Shown here: positions 1 through 9,868 of the stretch, piece by piece
Position numbering within the stretch: position 1 is the stretch's first letter
Layout of the letters: each line of letters starts with the position of its first letter
Origin: a virus
Taxonomy: Duplodnaviria > Caudoviricetes
Virus record (IMG/VR): IMGVR_UViG_3300032319_001187
Span: 1 to 57,603 of that record
Strand: one strand, 5' to 3'
DNA: 57,603 nt
Notes under the pieces: generated by a model
What the model saw: only the letters and a program-made list of their open reading frames with translations
What the model was told of the DNA's origin: nothing
The model's database searches: none
Position numbers and translations under genes: made by a program

Positions 1-882
1 ATATCCGTTTTCAATAGCTTCTTTTGTGCTTAAAGTTTTAACGACAGGGCCAGTTATAGCCTCAAGGAGTTTTTGGGTTCCGTCGTTTCTCACATGTGTG
101 CCTGTAAAAAAGAGCCGGTAGGGCGTGTCTTTTAAGACCCCGTGGCACACTTCTTCTAGGGTAGAAGCGGGAAGGGTGTGCGCCTCATCGGCTAGCAAAA
201 CTTGTGCCGAAGCAATCTCGTCATGCTCTTTAGTGCCGGGTTTTAAGTTGGTAAGAGATTTTGAAATTGCTACAATAAATTTTTTGCCAAGCCTTTTCTT
301 TCCGTCCCCCAGGGCGCCCACGCTATCTTTACCAAAGTGAGCTTCAAAGCCTTTTAAAATCTCGTTGAAAATAGAAGCCGAGGGGGTCATAATGACTGTT
401 TTTAGTCCTAACTCCCTGGCTAGTTTCATTATAATTGCTGTTTTGCCGCCGCCGGTACAGATTGTGACGGTACCGTGTTTGGCTTCCAAAAGCTTTTCTA
501 CCGACTCTTTTTGATAGGGGTGTAGCTCAAAGGGAAGAGGAGAATACCATCGCTGCGGCTTGGGGGATTGATAGCTAACCTTTGTAATAACATTGATGTC
601 AAATCCCTTTTTTTGAAGATAATGAATCGAACCAGGCCTTATTTTGATAAGGCCGTCCCCAAACTCCTCATATAGGCGGTGATTGACTTTGGCCTGAAGA
701 TCGTTAGCAGCCTTCTTCCAGCCAACAGGGTCGGAGTTTCGCCATCGAACATTCTTTAAATGACGGCGGAGCATCATGGCGTTTCCCGTGTGGGTATAGA
801 CCAAATACTCTTTTGCCGCTTGCAATTCAGCGTCAGATCCTGATAAAATGGCTTCAGTAGGGCTTTCTATAATGACTTTCAT
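1..882 (-). CDS. Superfamily 2 DNA helicase (UvsW-like), runs off the left edge of the window
   Basis: Manual translation from ATG at 882 (MKVIIESPTEAIL...) shows Q-motif LHPYQ, Walker A CTGGGKT and motif II LLADEAH. No stop inside the window, so it is absent from the ORF track. Confidence 0.88.
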   Translation of the reverse strand, partial: MKVIIESPTEAILSGSDAELQAAKEYLVYTHTGNAMMLRRHLKNVRWRNSDPVGWKKAANDLQAKVNHRLYEEFGDGLIKIRPGSIHYLQKKGFDINVITKVSYQSPKPQRWYSPLPFELHPYQKESVEKLLEAKHGTVTICTGGGKTAIIMKLARELGLKTVIMTPSASIFNEILKGFEAHFGKDSVGALGDGKKRLGKKFIVAISKSLTNLKPGTKEHDEIASAQVLLADEAHTLPASTLEEVCHGVLKDTPYRLFFTGTHVRNDGTQKLLEAITGPVVKTLSTKEAIENGY

Positions 883-920
883 TGCTATTTAAATAATATC
901 ATGATATACAGGTTATGCAA
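882..920. promoter_or_regulatory. Overlapping divergent sigma70-like promoters for the helicase and chaperonin genes
   Basis: Plus strand TTGCTA-17-TATACA; minus strand TTGCAT-16-TATTAT. The two overlap on the palindrome ATATCATGATAT (896-907). Confidence 0.45.
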
Positions 921-937
921 GCTTAAGGAGAAAAAAG

Positions 938-2704
938 ATGATTAGAAAAGTTAAGACTTCTGCTAAAATTTTTGAATCTGATCCCGCCCGTCTACGCCGA
1001 CTTGTTTTGTCAACTATGGATAAAATTGCCCGAATTGTGGGCGCTACGCTTGGCCCCGGCGGCAGAAACGTTTTGGTTGAAAGTGACTATCCCGGCATTC
1101 CTAACAAAAATACCAAAGACGGCGTTACCGTGTTTAGCAGTCTTGGGTCTTCTGGCTCCTACGAGCACCTAATCATTGAGCAAGCTCGAGACGCGGCTCG
1201 CCGAACGGCAACAGAGGCTGGCGACGGAACCACTACGGCCACCATTCTTTCTAATGCTCTTGTTCAAAACCTTTACACTTTTACTGATCGAGACAAAAAA
1301 TACAGCCCACAAAAGGCAGCTCGAGAAATGTCAAAAATTGTGCGCGAACGCCTTGTCCCGATGATTAGGGGGAGGGCGATCAAGATTGACATGGAAAATC
1401 GCGAGCTTCTTCGAATGGTTGCAAAGGTGTCCGCCAACGGGGACGAAGACATGGCAAACGCCGTCATTCAGGCGTTTGAGCTAATTGGCTATGGCGACAG
1501 CTCACATGTCACAATTAAAGAGCTAAGCGGTCCTTACGGGTATGAAGTTGGCCTTATTGAAGGCTTTCCTGTGGCTATGGGATACGAAGAATCAATTGGT
1601 AAATTTCATACAGCTTTTATCAACGACCAAGGAAACCAGCGCTGCTATCTTGAGAAGCCCCTGTTCCTCCTTTTTGACGGTCAGATTATTGACCTTGTCA
1701 TGATTCAAGAAGTGCTTGAGCGGATTGGTCAAGAATACGCAAACGGAAACTCCGACTTTAAAAATCTAATCATTTTTGCTCACGGCTTTAGCGAGAATGT
1801 GTTGACTAATCTTGCCTACAACTTTGCAAACCCAAACACAATCAATGTTGTGCCAATGGTTACGCCTATGGCGCAGTTTAAGAATTCTCAGCTTCACTTC
1901 CTAAACGACCTGGCCGCATTTACTGGGGCTAAGGTTTTTAGTATGACTAACAAGGTTAATGAAGCTCAGCCTTCTGATCTTGGCCGTAATATGGAAACTT
2001 TTGAAGCCTATCGTTTTCGCAGCACCGTTGTTGGGAACTCTGACTCGGTCAACATTGAGGTGCGAGCTGACGAGCTTAAAAAGATGAAATCAAACTCCGA
2101 AAGCACCGCTGAAAAAATTTGGCTTGAAGAGCGTCTTGGCAAGCTAACCAACGGGATTGCAAAGCTTACTATTTATGGCGGCAGCAGCGGGGAGCTTAAA
2201 GAGGCTCATGACCGCTGTGAAGACGCTGTTTGTGCGGTCAGGAGCGCTATATCTAAAGGAGCCCTTCCTGGCGGTTGCAGAACCTTGATTGATCTTGCAA
2301 CTGACCTCCAAATGGACGAAAGCGCGGGACCTGTAGCTCATAACGTTCTTGTCCCTGCTCTTATGGCGCCGGCTTACCGCCTGCTTGAAAACGCTGGGTA
2401 CACCAGCGAAGAAATCTCTCAAATTATTGAAGGTTTGATTATAGACCCAAATGTGGTTTATGATATTGAAAACCACGTCTTTGGGAGAGCTGAAGAGCTG
2501 GGTATTTTTGACTCAGCCCCTGCGGTTGAGGAGGCGCTTAAAAACGCAACCTCAATTGCAACCGTTATGGGCACTATTGGTGGAGTTGTAGCCTATCCTA
2601 GGGACGATAAGTTTGAACGCGAAGAAGCGGCGGCAGAGCAAGAGTTTGAAAAAGCAACCGCTTCGCCAGAGCTTTATATTAACGAAGCTAATGCTAGGCC
2701 CTGA
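938..2704 (+). CDS. groEL: Phage-encoded GroEL-like chaperonin (Cpn60/TCP-1 family)
   Basis: TLGPGGRNV, TKDGVTV, AGDGTTTATIL, EDAVCAVRSA, LPGGC; 588 aa; AAGGAG RBS. Confidence 0.95.
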   Translation: MIRKVKTSAKIFESDPARLRRLVLSTMDKIARIVGATLGPGGRNVLVESDYPGIPNKNTKDGVTVFSSLGSSGSYEHLIIEQARDAARRTATEAGDGTTTATILSNALVQNLYTFTDRDKKYSPQKAAREMSKIVRERLVPMIRGRAIKIDMENRELLRMVAKVSANGDEDMANAVIQAFELIGYGDSSHVTIKELSGPYGYEVGLIEGFPVAMGYEESIGKFHTAFINDQGNQRCYLEKPLFLLFDGQIIDLVMIQEVLERIGQEYANGNSDFKNLIIFAHGFSENVLTNLAYNFANPNTINVVPMVTPMAQFKNSQLHFLNDLAAFTGAKVFSMTNKVNEAQPSDLGRNMETFEAYRFRSTVVGNSDSVNIEVRADELKKMKSNSESTAEKIWLEERLGKLTNGIAKLTIYGGSSGELKEAHDRCEDAVCAVRSAISKGALPGGCRTLIDLATDLQMDESAGPVAHNVLVPALMAPAYRLLENAGYTSEEISQIIEGLIIDPNVVYDIENHVFGRAEELGIFDSAPAVEEALKNATSIATVMGTIGGVVAYPRDDKFEREEAAAEQEFEKATASPELYINEANARP

Positions 2705-2712
2705 GGTAAAGG

Positions 2713-4554
2713 TTGACTTTAGAAGAGCTTAAAACTCAAAACCTTCTTAAACCGTTAAGCTCCGCTGAAGAAATGCGGGGCTGGGTAAGTCTTTACCTTG
2801 GGATTGAGCTTCCTTTTGACACAATTGACCCCGACTCTACTAGTAACCCTATAGACGCAATGTGGTCTGTTTATTGCGCGGTAAGGGACAACAAAGGAGA
2901 GCATACGCCGGGGTATATTTTCTTGTCGGCTCGAGAGGCGTTTAAGACTTTAGGGGCATCTATCCTTGAAATCTTGATCATGCTACATTTTCAATCGTCA
3001 ATTGGTCACATGGCGGCTATTCAAAGCCAATCAGACCAGGCGATGCGTTACATTGACGCGCACTTGCGAAAATTAGACCCAATGATTAAGGCGAACGGAT
3101 GGCTAAAATCGTCTGAGTCAAAAACGTTTGTTCAGTATAATACGCCCGAAGGCAATAAACCGTACATTATCTTGGTTATTTGTACCCTACAGGGCGCAAA
3201 CGCACTTCACCCAAACATCTTGTTTATTGACGAAATTGACGTTGTTAGGGACCCACTAGCTTACGAAGAAGCCAAGCTAATTCCCGCTATGGAAAGAGGG
3301 CGGTTCCCTTTAACTATTGGTCTTTCTACTCGCAAATTCGCCTTCGGCATGATGGCAAAAGAAGTTGAAAATGCCCCCAAAAGCGGTACCGAAATTAAAC
3401 GGTGGAATATTTTGGACATTGCAGAGCGGTGTCCTAAAAGCCGTCACGAGCCTGACCCGGACGGCAAAAAGATGGTGGCTTATGTGGCCAAATCCTTGCC
3501 TCTTCAAAAGATTACAGAAGACGAATTTGAAGCCCTTCAAGAGTCTAGGAAAGAAGCCTTTGAGCGAGTTGAAGCACACCCTGGCTGCATGAAATGTCCT
3601 CTCTTGCCTGTTTGTAAGGGTAATCTTGCTAACAAACCTAAAACCGCAAAGCAGGGTCTTTATCGTCCAATTGGGGCAATCATTAACAGTTTTAAAAAGA
3701 TTAGCCCAGACATGGCCGAAGCACAGCTTATGTGCTGGAAGCCGTCGTCTAAAGGGCTAGTCTATCCCCGCTTTGACGCCTCTTTTGAGGGAAACATTAA
3801 AACCGTTGATGTGGCCTATCAAATGATCACGGGGGAAGCCCCGCCAACCAACCTGTCTTTAGACCAATTTGTGGCTAAGGGTAAAGAGCTTGGGGGAGCT
3901 GTTCATGCCGGCGTTGACTGGGGATATACCCATGAGGCTACGATTGTTATTGTTATGAGCCTTCAGGGAATATCCTTTGTTCTGGAAACCTTTGGTGCGC
4001 CCGGACTAGAGCTTCAAGATTTTACCGAAGAAGCTATTAAGTACAAGGAAAGATTTGGAATTATTAGGTTTTGGTGCGACCAAGCTAACCCCGGCAACAT
4101 TAAGACCTTTAACAAAAAGGGCCTTATTTCACCGGATTTCAAAAAAGACGTGATGGCCGGAATCGAAGCGGTTCGAGGCCAAGTTATTGATTCTACTGGA
4201 AAAAGACGGTTTTTTGTTCTTCAAACCGAATCAAATCAAAAGCTCTTGCAAGGTTTTAGAGTCCACCATTTTATTTTGGACGCGGCAGGGAACCCAACCA
4301 AAAACCCTGACGACGAAGAGTTTGCCGACGTTATGGACGCCTTGCGGTATATTGGGCAAAACCTGTATACTACCCAGGGGTCAAAACCTGTTATTGGGTC
4401 TGCCGTTCCAATGTCGAGCCAAGACCTCAATTATACCAGGCCCTTACATGAGGCTGGAGAAGCGTTAAAAGATGTAATAAACCAAAAAATGTCAGAAAAT
4501 GGGGACCTTACGACTAAGTCCTCTAAAAACAAAAGGATTGTCTGGAGCGGCTAG
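2713..4554 (+). CDS. terL: Terminase large subunit
   Basis: Deviant Walker A (SAREAFKT), Walker B ILFIDEID, coupling motif LST, RNase H-like nuclease motifs GVDWG, WCD and DVMDALRY. Sits upstream of portal; TTG start with GAGG RBS. Confidence 0.88.
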   Translation: MTLEELKTQNLLKPLSSAEEMRGWVSLYLGIELPFDTIDPDSTSNPIDAMWSVYCAVRDNKGEHTPGYIFLSAREAFKTLGASILEILIMLHFQSSIGHMAAIQSQSDQAMRYIDAHLRKLDPMIKANGWLKSSESKTFVQYNTPEGNKPYIILVICTLQGANALHPNILFIDEIDVVRDPLAYEEAKLIPAMERGRFPLTIGLSTRKFAFGMMAKEVENAPKSGTEIKRWNILDIAERCPKSRHEPDPDGKKMVAYVAKSLPLQKITEDEFEALQESRKEAFERVEAHPGCMKCPLLPVCKGNLANKPKTAKQGLYRPIGAIINSFKKISPDMAEAQLMCWKPSSKGLVYPRFDASFEGNIKTVDVAYQMITGEAPPTNLSLDQFVAKGKELGGAVHAGVDWGYTHEATIVIVMSLQGISFVLETFGAPGLELQDFTEEAIKYKERFGIIRFWCDQANPGNIKTFNKKGLISPDFKKDVMAGIEAVRGQVIDSTGKRRFFVLQTESNQKLLQGFRVHHFILDAAGNPTKNPDDEEFADVMDALRYIGQNLYTTQGSKPVIGSAVPMSSQDLNYTRPLHEAGEALKDVINQKMSENGDLTTKSSKNKRIVWSG

Positions 4555-4558
4555 CCGA

Positions 4559-4568
4559 CAATCTTTAA
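4559..4568 (+). promoter_or_regulatory. Candidate late-promoter motif CAATCTTTAA
   Basis: Intergenic copy of a motif that recurs upstream of about 10 late genes on both strands. Confidence 0.6.
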
Positions 4569-4588
4569 TATAGGCGACAGAGGGGCAA

Positions 4589-5530
4589 ATGAGCAAATTC
4601 AACCTTTTAGTACATATTCAGGCTTACGAAGATTCAAATCCAAGCAATAATCCTTCGCGAAACTACGTTAAGTGGCTTCGAGAAATGCAGGGCATTTCTG
4701 GCGATAAGCCTCAAAGCCTTGAGTTTTCATTGGCCCCTGGTGAAAGCAAAAGTCTTTTTAACGGCTCTAGAACCTTGGCTCATGGTGGAACAACTGAGTA
4801 TAGTATTGACTTAAAAGCCGGGACAACTAATACCTATATTCTTTCTAATCCAGCCGGGCAGGCTCCTAATTTTAGAACCCCTCGTACCGTTTTGGCAGAT
4901 AACACCACCGAAATTACCGTAACTCAAAACGGGTCGGTACTTAGTTTTGAAGCTACTAATGGTACCCTTCCAGCTTTTGTTGCTGGGGGTGCGGTTGTTG
5001 GGGATACCGTTTATATTAACGGACCTTTTGCCCTAAACAACCAAGGCTACTTTACAATTATTTCTTTGACCGCAACTAAAATTAGTGTAAAGAATGAGGG
5101 CGGACAAGCAGAGGGCCCTATCACGCTGACCGGAGCTTCTGATATTGAGATTTTTTCTGCGGCGGGAGTTCAGGCGGGAGATAAGCTTGTTGTTTCAGGA
5201 GGTTTTTCTCCGGTCTCTAGAGCTACTTACGAAATTACTCAAGTTAGAGCAAATGAGCTTGAATTCTATTCTTCAGAAGCCCTTCCGGCAGAAATAGTTA
5301 CAACTACTGCTTTAAGCGTTTATTACTCTTCAAGGCAGTTTGTTTATCTTGAGGCTTCCGACAAATTAGACCTTACGATCAACGGCTCTGCTGCCGGTAA
5401 GGTGGAACCGTTTATTGAGGCTAGCTCTAAAAAGCCTGGCCTGTTCATGATAAAATCAACCATGTGGAGTATGTCGGTACAAAATAACGGACTTGAAACC
5501 GTAACCGTTTACGTCACGTCTATTGAGTAA
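4589..5530 (+). CDS. Hypothetical virion structural protein (beta-rich)
   Basis: 313 aa, G/T/S-rich, lies between terminase and portal; RBS GAGGGG. Confidence 0.6.
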   Translation: MSKFNLLVHIQAYEDSNPSNNPSRNYVKWLREMQGISGDKPQSLEFSLAPGESKSLFNGSRTLAHGGTTEYSIDLKAGTTNTYILSNPAGQAPNFRTPRTVLADNTTEITVTQNGSVLSFEATNGTLPAFVAGGAVVGDTVYINGPFALNNQGYFTIISLTATKISVKNEGGQAEGPITLTGASDIEIFSAAGVQAGDKLVVSGGFSPVSRATYEITQVRANELEFYSSEALPAEIVTTTALSVYYSSRQFVYLEASDKLDLTINGSAAGKVEPFIEASSKKPGLFMIKSTMWSMSVQNNGLETVTVYVTSIE

Positions 5531-5535
5531 AAAAT

Positions 5536-7356
5536 ATGGCTGATGACAAAAAGAAAAAAGTCGTATTCTCTGTGGGCGGAGAAATCTCAGAAAAAGCCGC
5601 CAAAGAGTCTGGCTTAGAAAAAATTGAAGGCGGAACCTACGGCACGAATTACTTTGTAAATTCGAGCGCAAGTGGTAGCGCCAAAAAGAAGGCGCCAAGG
5701 CTTGCTTTTTCAGAAAAACCAAACGACTCAAACAACTATGCCGGCATTTATAAGATTAAGTCGGCTCTTCTTCCTGATTACGTTTTAAAGCAAATTCGTG
5801 TTCAAAACCACCTGATTGCGTCTATTCTTCGCGCACGCGGCAATACAATGGCCATGTTTGGCCATGTTAAAAAAGACCGCTTTGACATTGGCGTTGAAAT
5901 TAAAGTTAAACCTGAATTTGAAGATGTCATTAAAACCGATCAAATGATCAAAATTAAAGACAGAATCTCAAAGACAGAAAAGATTTTAATCAACTGCGGG
6001 CACACCGAAGGCCTCAATCATGATGAAAGAATGTCTCTTTCCGACTTCTTTTATCTTCAGGCTCAAAACGGGTTAACCTTTGGTCGATTTGCTACAGAAG
6101 TTGTTTATAACCAGGAATCTCACGAGCACGACAAGGCCAAGCGATTTAATCGGTTTAGACCCGCAGACGCCGGTACAATGGCTCCGGCTTTTAAAAAAGC
6201 AGACTCAGGTCAAATTGGTGCAGCGGTTAGAAAAGAAGCTATTGAGACCCTCAAGCAAGTTTCTAAAAGCTTAAACCTCAAGCTTGATTTTGGCAAGCTC
6301 GAGCAGCAAGAGTATTCTTGGATTCAGGTCATTGACGGCCAGCCTAAGCAGGCGTTTACGCCTGAAGAAATGATTGTTTACAACCTTTATCCGTCTACCG
6401 ACGTCGAGCATCGTGGGTATCCCGTTTCTCCTATTGATACCTGCATTAGCTCTATTACAACCCACCTTAGTATCGATGCTTATAACAAGCTTTACTTTCA
6501 AAACGGTCGAGCTGCAAAAGGGATGTTGGTTTTAAATAGCGCGGACATCGACCAAACAACGGTTGATGCTATTAAGAAAGACTTTTACGCTTCTATCAAC
6601 AGCGTTAATAACAGCTTCCGCGTGCCTATTTTTGGTATGGGACCCGAAGACAGTGTTCAATGGGTTAACATGATGTCGAATGCTGGAGAGGGCGAGTTCC
6701 AGTTTCTCTACGACCAAGTTGCTCGCAACATCCTGTCTACCTTTAACATGTCTCCTGACGAGCTTCCTGGCTACGGGCATCTTTCTCGAGGCACCAACTC
6801 ACAAACTCTTAGCGAAAGCGGCAACGAGTTTAAACTAACCGCCGCTCGGGATACTGGTCTTCGTCCTCTAATCTTAAAGTTTCAAGCTTTTTTAAACGAG
6901 CACCTGCTCCCTTTAATTGATCCCGAGCTTGCTCAAATCTGCCATATTCAGCTTTCTGGTTTAGACGCTCAAAGTCGAGAACAAGAATCGCTACGCCTTC
7001 AACAAGACATGCCCATCCACATGAACATGGATGAGGTTTTGACAGACGTGGACAAACAGCCCCTCGGTCACCGTTTGGCTGGTCAAATTCCTTTTAACGA
7101 ACGCTGGCAAATTCTTGCCGACAAGTATTTGGACGTAGGCCAAATTGGCGAGGTTTTCCTTAGAGACCCTACCGCCTATCTTGACCGTACCCTTAAGTTT
7201 AAACGAGACCCATTTTGGATGCAGCACATGAGCGGCGTTTTAATGCAAGCGTCGCCAGAAACGGTTAAAGCTTTTTATGCTCAAAAGTCATGGAACTACA
7301 ATATGGAGCTTTTAAAGCTCATGATTGAAGACGAGCTAGAACAGGACGAGGAATAA
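5536..7356 (+). CDS. Portal protein
   Basis: 606 aa; GYPVSPI, YNKLYFQNG..KGML, EFQFL, FNMSPDELPG are typical of large-myovirus portals; gene order fits. Confidence 0.88.
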   Translation: MADDKKKKVVFSVGGEISEKAAKESGLEKIEGGTYGTNYFVNSSASGSAKKKAPRLAFSEKPNDSNNYAGIYKIKSALLPDYVLKQIRVQNHLIASILRARGNTMAMFGHVKKDRFDIGVEIKVKPEFEDVIKTDQMIKIKDRISKTEKILINCGHTEGLNHDERMSLSDFFYLQAQNGLTFGRFATEVVYNQESHEHDKAKRFNRFRPADAGTMAPAFKKADSGQIGAAVRKEAIETLKQVSKSLNLKLDFGKLEQQEYSWIQVIDGQPKQAFTPEEMIVYNLYPSTDVEHRGYPVSPIDTCISSITTHLSIDAYNKLYFQNGRAAKGMLVLNSADIDQTTVDAIKKDFYASINSVNNSFRVPIFGMGPEDSVQWVNMMSNAGEGEFQFLYDQVARNILSTFNMSPDELPGYGHLSRGTNSQTLSESGNEFKLTAARDTGLRPLILKFQAFLNEHLLPLIDPELAQICHIQLSGLDAQSREQESLRLQQDMPIHMNMDEVLTDVDKQPLGHRLAGQIPFNERWQILADKYLDVGQIGEVFLRDPTAYLDRTLKFKRDPFWMQHMSGVLMQASPETVKAFYAQKSWNYNMELLKLMIEDELEQDEE

Positions 7357-7357
7357 T

Positions 7358-7909
7358 ATGGCGGATATTGATTACAAAGCAAAATACTATGCCCTAAGAG
7401 ACAAGCTTATCCGAGTCATGGATTTTTCTTATCGTGAAGGCTATGAAGCCGGCGCAAAAGAGGCTCAGATGAATAGCTTGATGCAGCAACAGCAACAACA
7501 AGCAGCTATGGCTCAACAGCAAGCCCAAATGATGGGTGGCGAGCAAGAACAAGAGATGCCGCAAGAAGCTGGCCAAGAAGCTACTCCCGAGGCTGGGCCT
7601 AGCGAAGACATGGACGAGTACATTCAAGAGCTTGAAAGCCTTGTGTCTAAAGGTGAAATTTCTTCTGACGATCTTAAAAAGTCCCTTGAAAAAATTAAAG
7701 CTCATAGCGTTAAACTAAAACGTCCAAAGCCGCTCAGAAAGCTTTCGGCTCAAGTATCAAAAAACATGCCGCAATCAGGAAAAGAAGCTCTTACAAAACA
7801 ACATATGATTGTTGAAAACGTTTTGAAGAAATGGGAAGAAGAGTCTCAACAAGCCATTTCTGATATGGGCCGTCTTATTGGGGTTGATACTATTGTAAAA
7901 AAGGGGTAG
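7358..7909 (+). CDS. Hypothetical protein, Gln-rich and acidic, probably head-associated
   Basis: 183 aa, tightly coupled to portal, GAGG RBS. Confidence 0.65.
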   Translation: MADIDYKAKYYALRDKLIRVMDFSYREGYEAGAKEAQMNSLMQQQQQQAAMAQQQAQMMGGEQEQEMPQEAGQEATPEAGPSEDMDEYIQELESLVSKGEISSDDLKKSLEKIKAHSVKLKRPKPLRKLSAQVSKNMPQSGKEALTKQHMIVENVLKKWEEESQQAISDMGRLIGVDTIVKKG

Positions 7910-7912
7910 CCC

Positions 7913-9868
7913 ATGAATGGGATTAGCTCTTACACAAAAGACGCTCTAGCCGCTATTGTCGAGGCTCTTTTTGACCGTATGACAATGCGTTTGTTAGGTA
8001 ATATTCCACAGCTTAAAAACAAAAAGCTGATGGTTTTTGACACCAACCCCACGCTTACTTTAGCGCATCTTTTTGTTCAGTCTATGGGCGGGCCGTCTGT
8101 AGGAGCAAAAGAGTCTGAAGTAATGAAAAACCTGCTTTCAACGGCCTACGGTTATATTGACGCTCTTAAAAGCTCAACCAAAACCAAGCTCGCTGAGCGA
8201 ATTGACGCTCTTGTAAAAGAAGCCAAGGCCAAAGGCGATCTTCCTTTAGACAGTGACTTAAAAAACGCCATTGCAAAAGAACTTATGGCGGCAGGAAATC
8301 ATTTTAAAACTATTTCTGAAGCCGAAGCAACCAAGGCAAGAAACCTAGGCAAGGCGGTCAATATTGCTCAAGTGGCCTCCTCTCAAGGAGTTGAAGACCC
8401 TACTGTTTTGTTTGTCGTGATTAAAGACAATGTGACTTGCTCAGAATGTGTTCGACTCCACTTGCTAGCTGACAAGAAAACCCCCCGTCTTTGGAAGCTA
8501 AGTGAGCTTGGCTTTACCTACCATAAAAAGGGGGAGGATAACGCCAAAATCAACGGACTTCATCCTCATTGTTTTACCGGAGACACTAAACTTTACACTA
8601 AAGAAGGCATTTTTTCTTTAGAAGAACTTTTTGTTTTACAAAAATCTCTAGCAGTTACCGTTGACAAAAGAATTGTAAATAGAAAAAACCCCGCGAATCA
8701 GTTTGGAAACCCAGTTTTAGGAGATGTTTGGCTAGAAAGGCACGAGCAAGGAGCTAAATTTTTAGAAGCCACTCCCGTATATGATACCGGAATTCAAGAA
8801 TGTTTTGAAATTGAGCTGGAGTCTGGACAAACCCTAAAAGTTTCTGAAGGCCACGAAATGTGGGTTGATGACAACAGTATGGGAAAAAAAATTAAAGCAA
8901 AAGATTTACAGATAGGTGACAAAATTCCTTTGCTTTCGGGAGAATCCGGCTTTGGTTTAGATAGTTTTGAAGATATTGCGGAGCTTATGGGAAACCTTAT
9001 GGGCGACGGATCTATAGGCGCTAGTGCCCAATGGAATTTTTTTGGAGCAGATATTTCTTACGGCGAAGTTTTGCTTGGTAAGGCAAGAAAAGTTTTATCT
9101 AACTACTCTAATGCGGCTGTTAAAAAAATAGCTACGGAACTAACAATTAAAGATCCCAACTCAAAATACAAAGTTTCCAAGGCTTCTTTTAGTAGCGGCG
9201 TGCTTTCAAAAATATTTAAAGAAGAGTTTGGCCTATCAAAAACTCCAAGAAGGGTGCCAAAAAGACTGTGGAAAGCAGATAAAGCTACGGTTTCTGCTTT
9301 TTTAAGAGGTCTTTTTGCGGCTGATGGCCATTCTGAAACAAACCCTTCGATTGTAATTGCTCAAAACGACCTAGAGTTTTTAAAAGAAATTCAAATGCTT
9401 TTATCAAACTACGGCATAGTTTCAAGAATTTTTGATCACGGAAAAGAAGAAATTAAAAAAAATATTACATATGCAAATGGCGATGCTCATGAAACAACAA
9501 GAAAACCTTGCTGGAGGCTTTGCGTTGGAGGACAAGAGCAAGTAGAAAAATTTGCTCAAGAAATTGGAATGGGCGTGCCTTTAAAACAAGAAAAACTGTT
9601 AAAGCATTTAGCTGACTCCAAAAAAGAAAACAAAAAAAGGTTTTCTTGGAGGACGGCAAGGGTAAAGGCTATAAAACCAATTGGAAAAATTCAAACATAT
9701 TGTTTGACGGAACCGATGACGAATACGGTAACAGCTAATGGAATTGTAACTGGAAATTGTCGTTGTACCCTTAGTTATCTTAGCCCCGGATTTGGATTTA
9801 AAGATGGGATCGCTACCTTTATTTCTTTAGGCCATGACGAATACAAAAAGCAAAGGGGCGAATCATGA
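7913..9868 (+). CDS. MuF-like head morphogenesis protein precursor containing an intein (spliced product ~255 aa)
   Basis: TCSEC, and HPH|CRC is rebuilt on removing the intein, matching the MuF HPxCRC signature. Follows the portal. Confidence 0.82.
   Translation: MNGISSYTKDALAAIVEALFDRMTMRLLGNIPQLKNKKLMVFDTNPTLTLAHLFVQSMGGPSVGAKESEVMKNLLSTAYGYIDALKSSTKTKLAERIDALVKEAKAKGDLPLDSDLKNAIAKELMAAGNHFKTISEAEATKARNLGKAVNIAQVASSQGVEDPTVLFVVIKDNVTCSECVRLHLLADKKTPRLWKLSELGFTYHKKGEDNAKINGLHPHCFTGDTKLYTKEGIFSLEELFVLQKSLAVTVDKRIVNRKNPANQFGNPVLGDVWLERHEQGAKFLEATPVYDTGIQECFEIELESGQTLKVSEGHEMWVDDNSMGKKIKAKDLQIGDKIPLLSGESGFGLDSFEDIAELMGNLMGDGSIGASAQWNFFGADISYGEVLLGKARKVLSNYSNAAVKKIATELTIKDPNSKYKVSKASFSSGVLSKIFKEEFGLSKTPRRVPKRLWKADKATVSAFLRGLFAADGHSETNPSIVIAQNDLEFLKEIQMLLSNYGIVSRIFDHGKEEIKKNITYANGDAHETTRKPCWRLCVGGQEQVEKFAQEIGMGVPLKQEKLLKHLADSKKENKKRFSWRTARVKAIKPIGKIQTYCLTEPMTNTVTANGIVTGNCRCTLSYLSPGFGFKDGIATFISLGHDEYKKQRGES
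8570..9757 (+). mobile_element. Intein with LAGLIDADG homing endonuclease (396 aa)
   Basis: Starts CFTGDT; block B VSEGH; LAGLIDADG motifs LMGNLMGDGS and FLRGLFAADGH; ends IVTGN followed by Cys+1. DNA is visibly more AT-rich than the flanks. Confidence 0.93.

Noticed and set aside
938-2704. Host chromosomal groEL indicating a prophage boundary or contamination
   Set aside because: Divergent sequence, no groES, no GGM tail, and flanked by a phage-type helicase and terminase; no integrase or host genes in the window.
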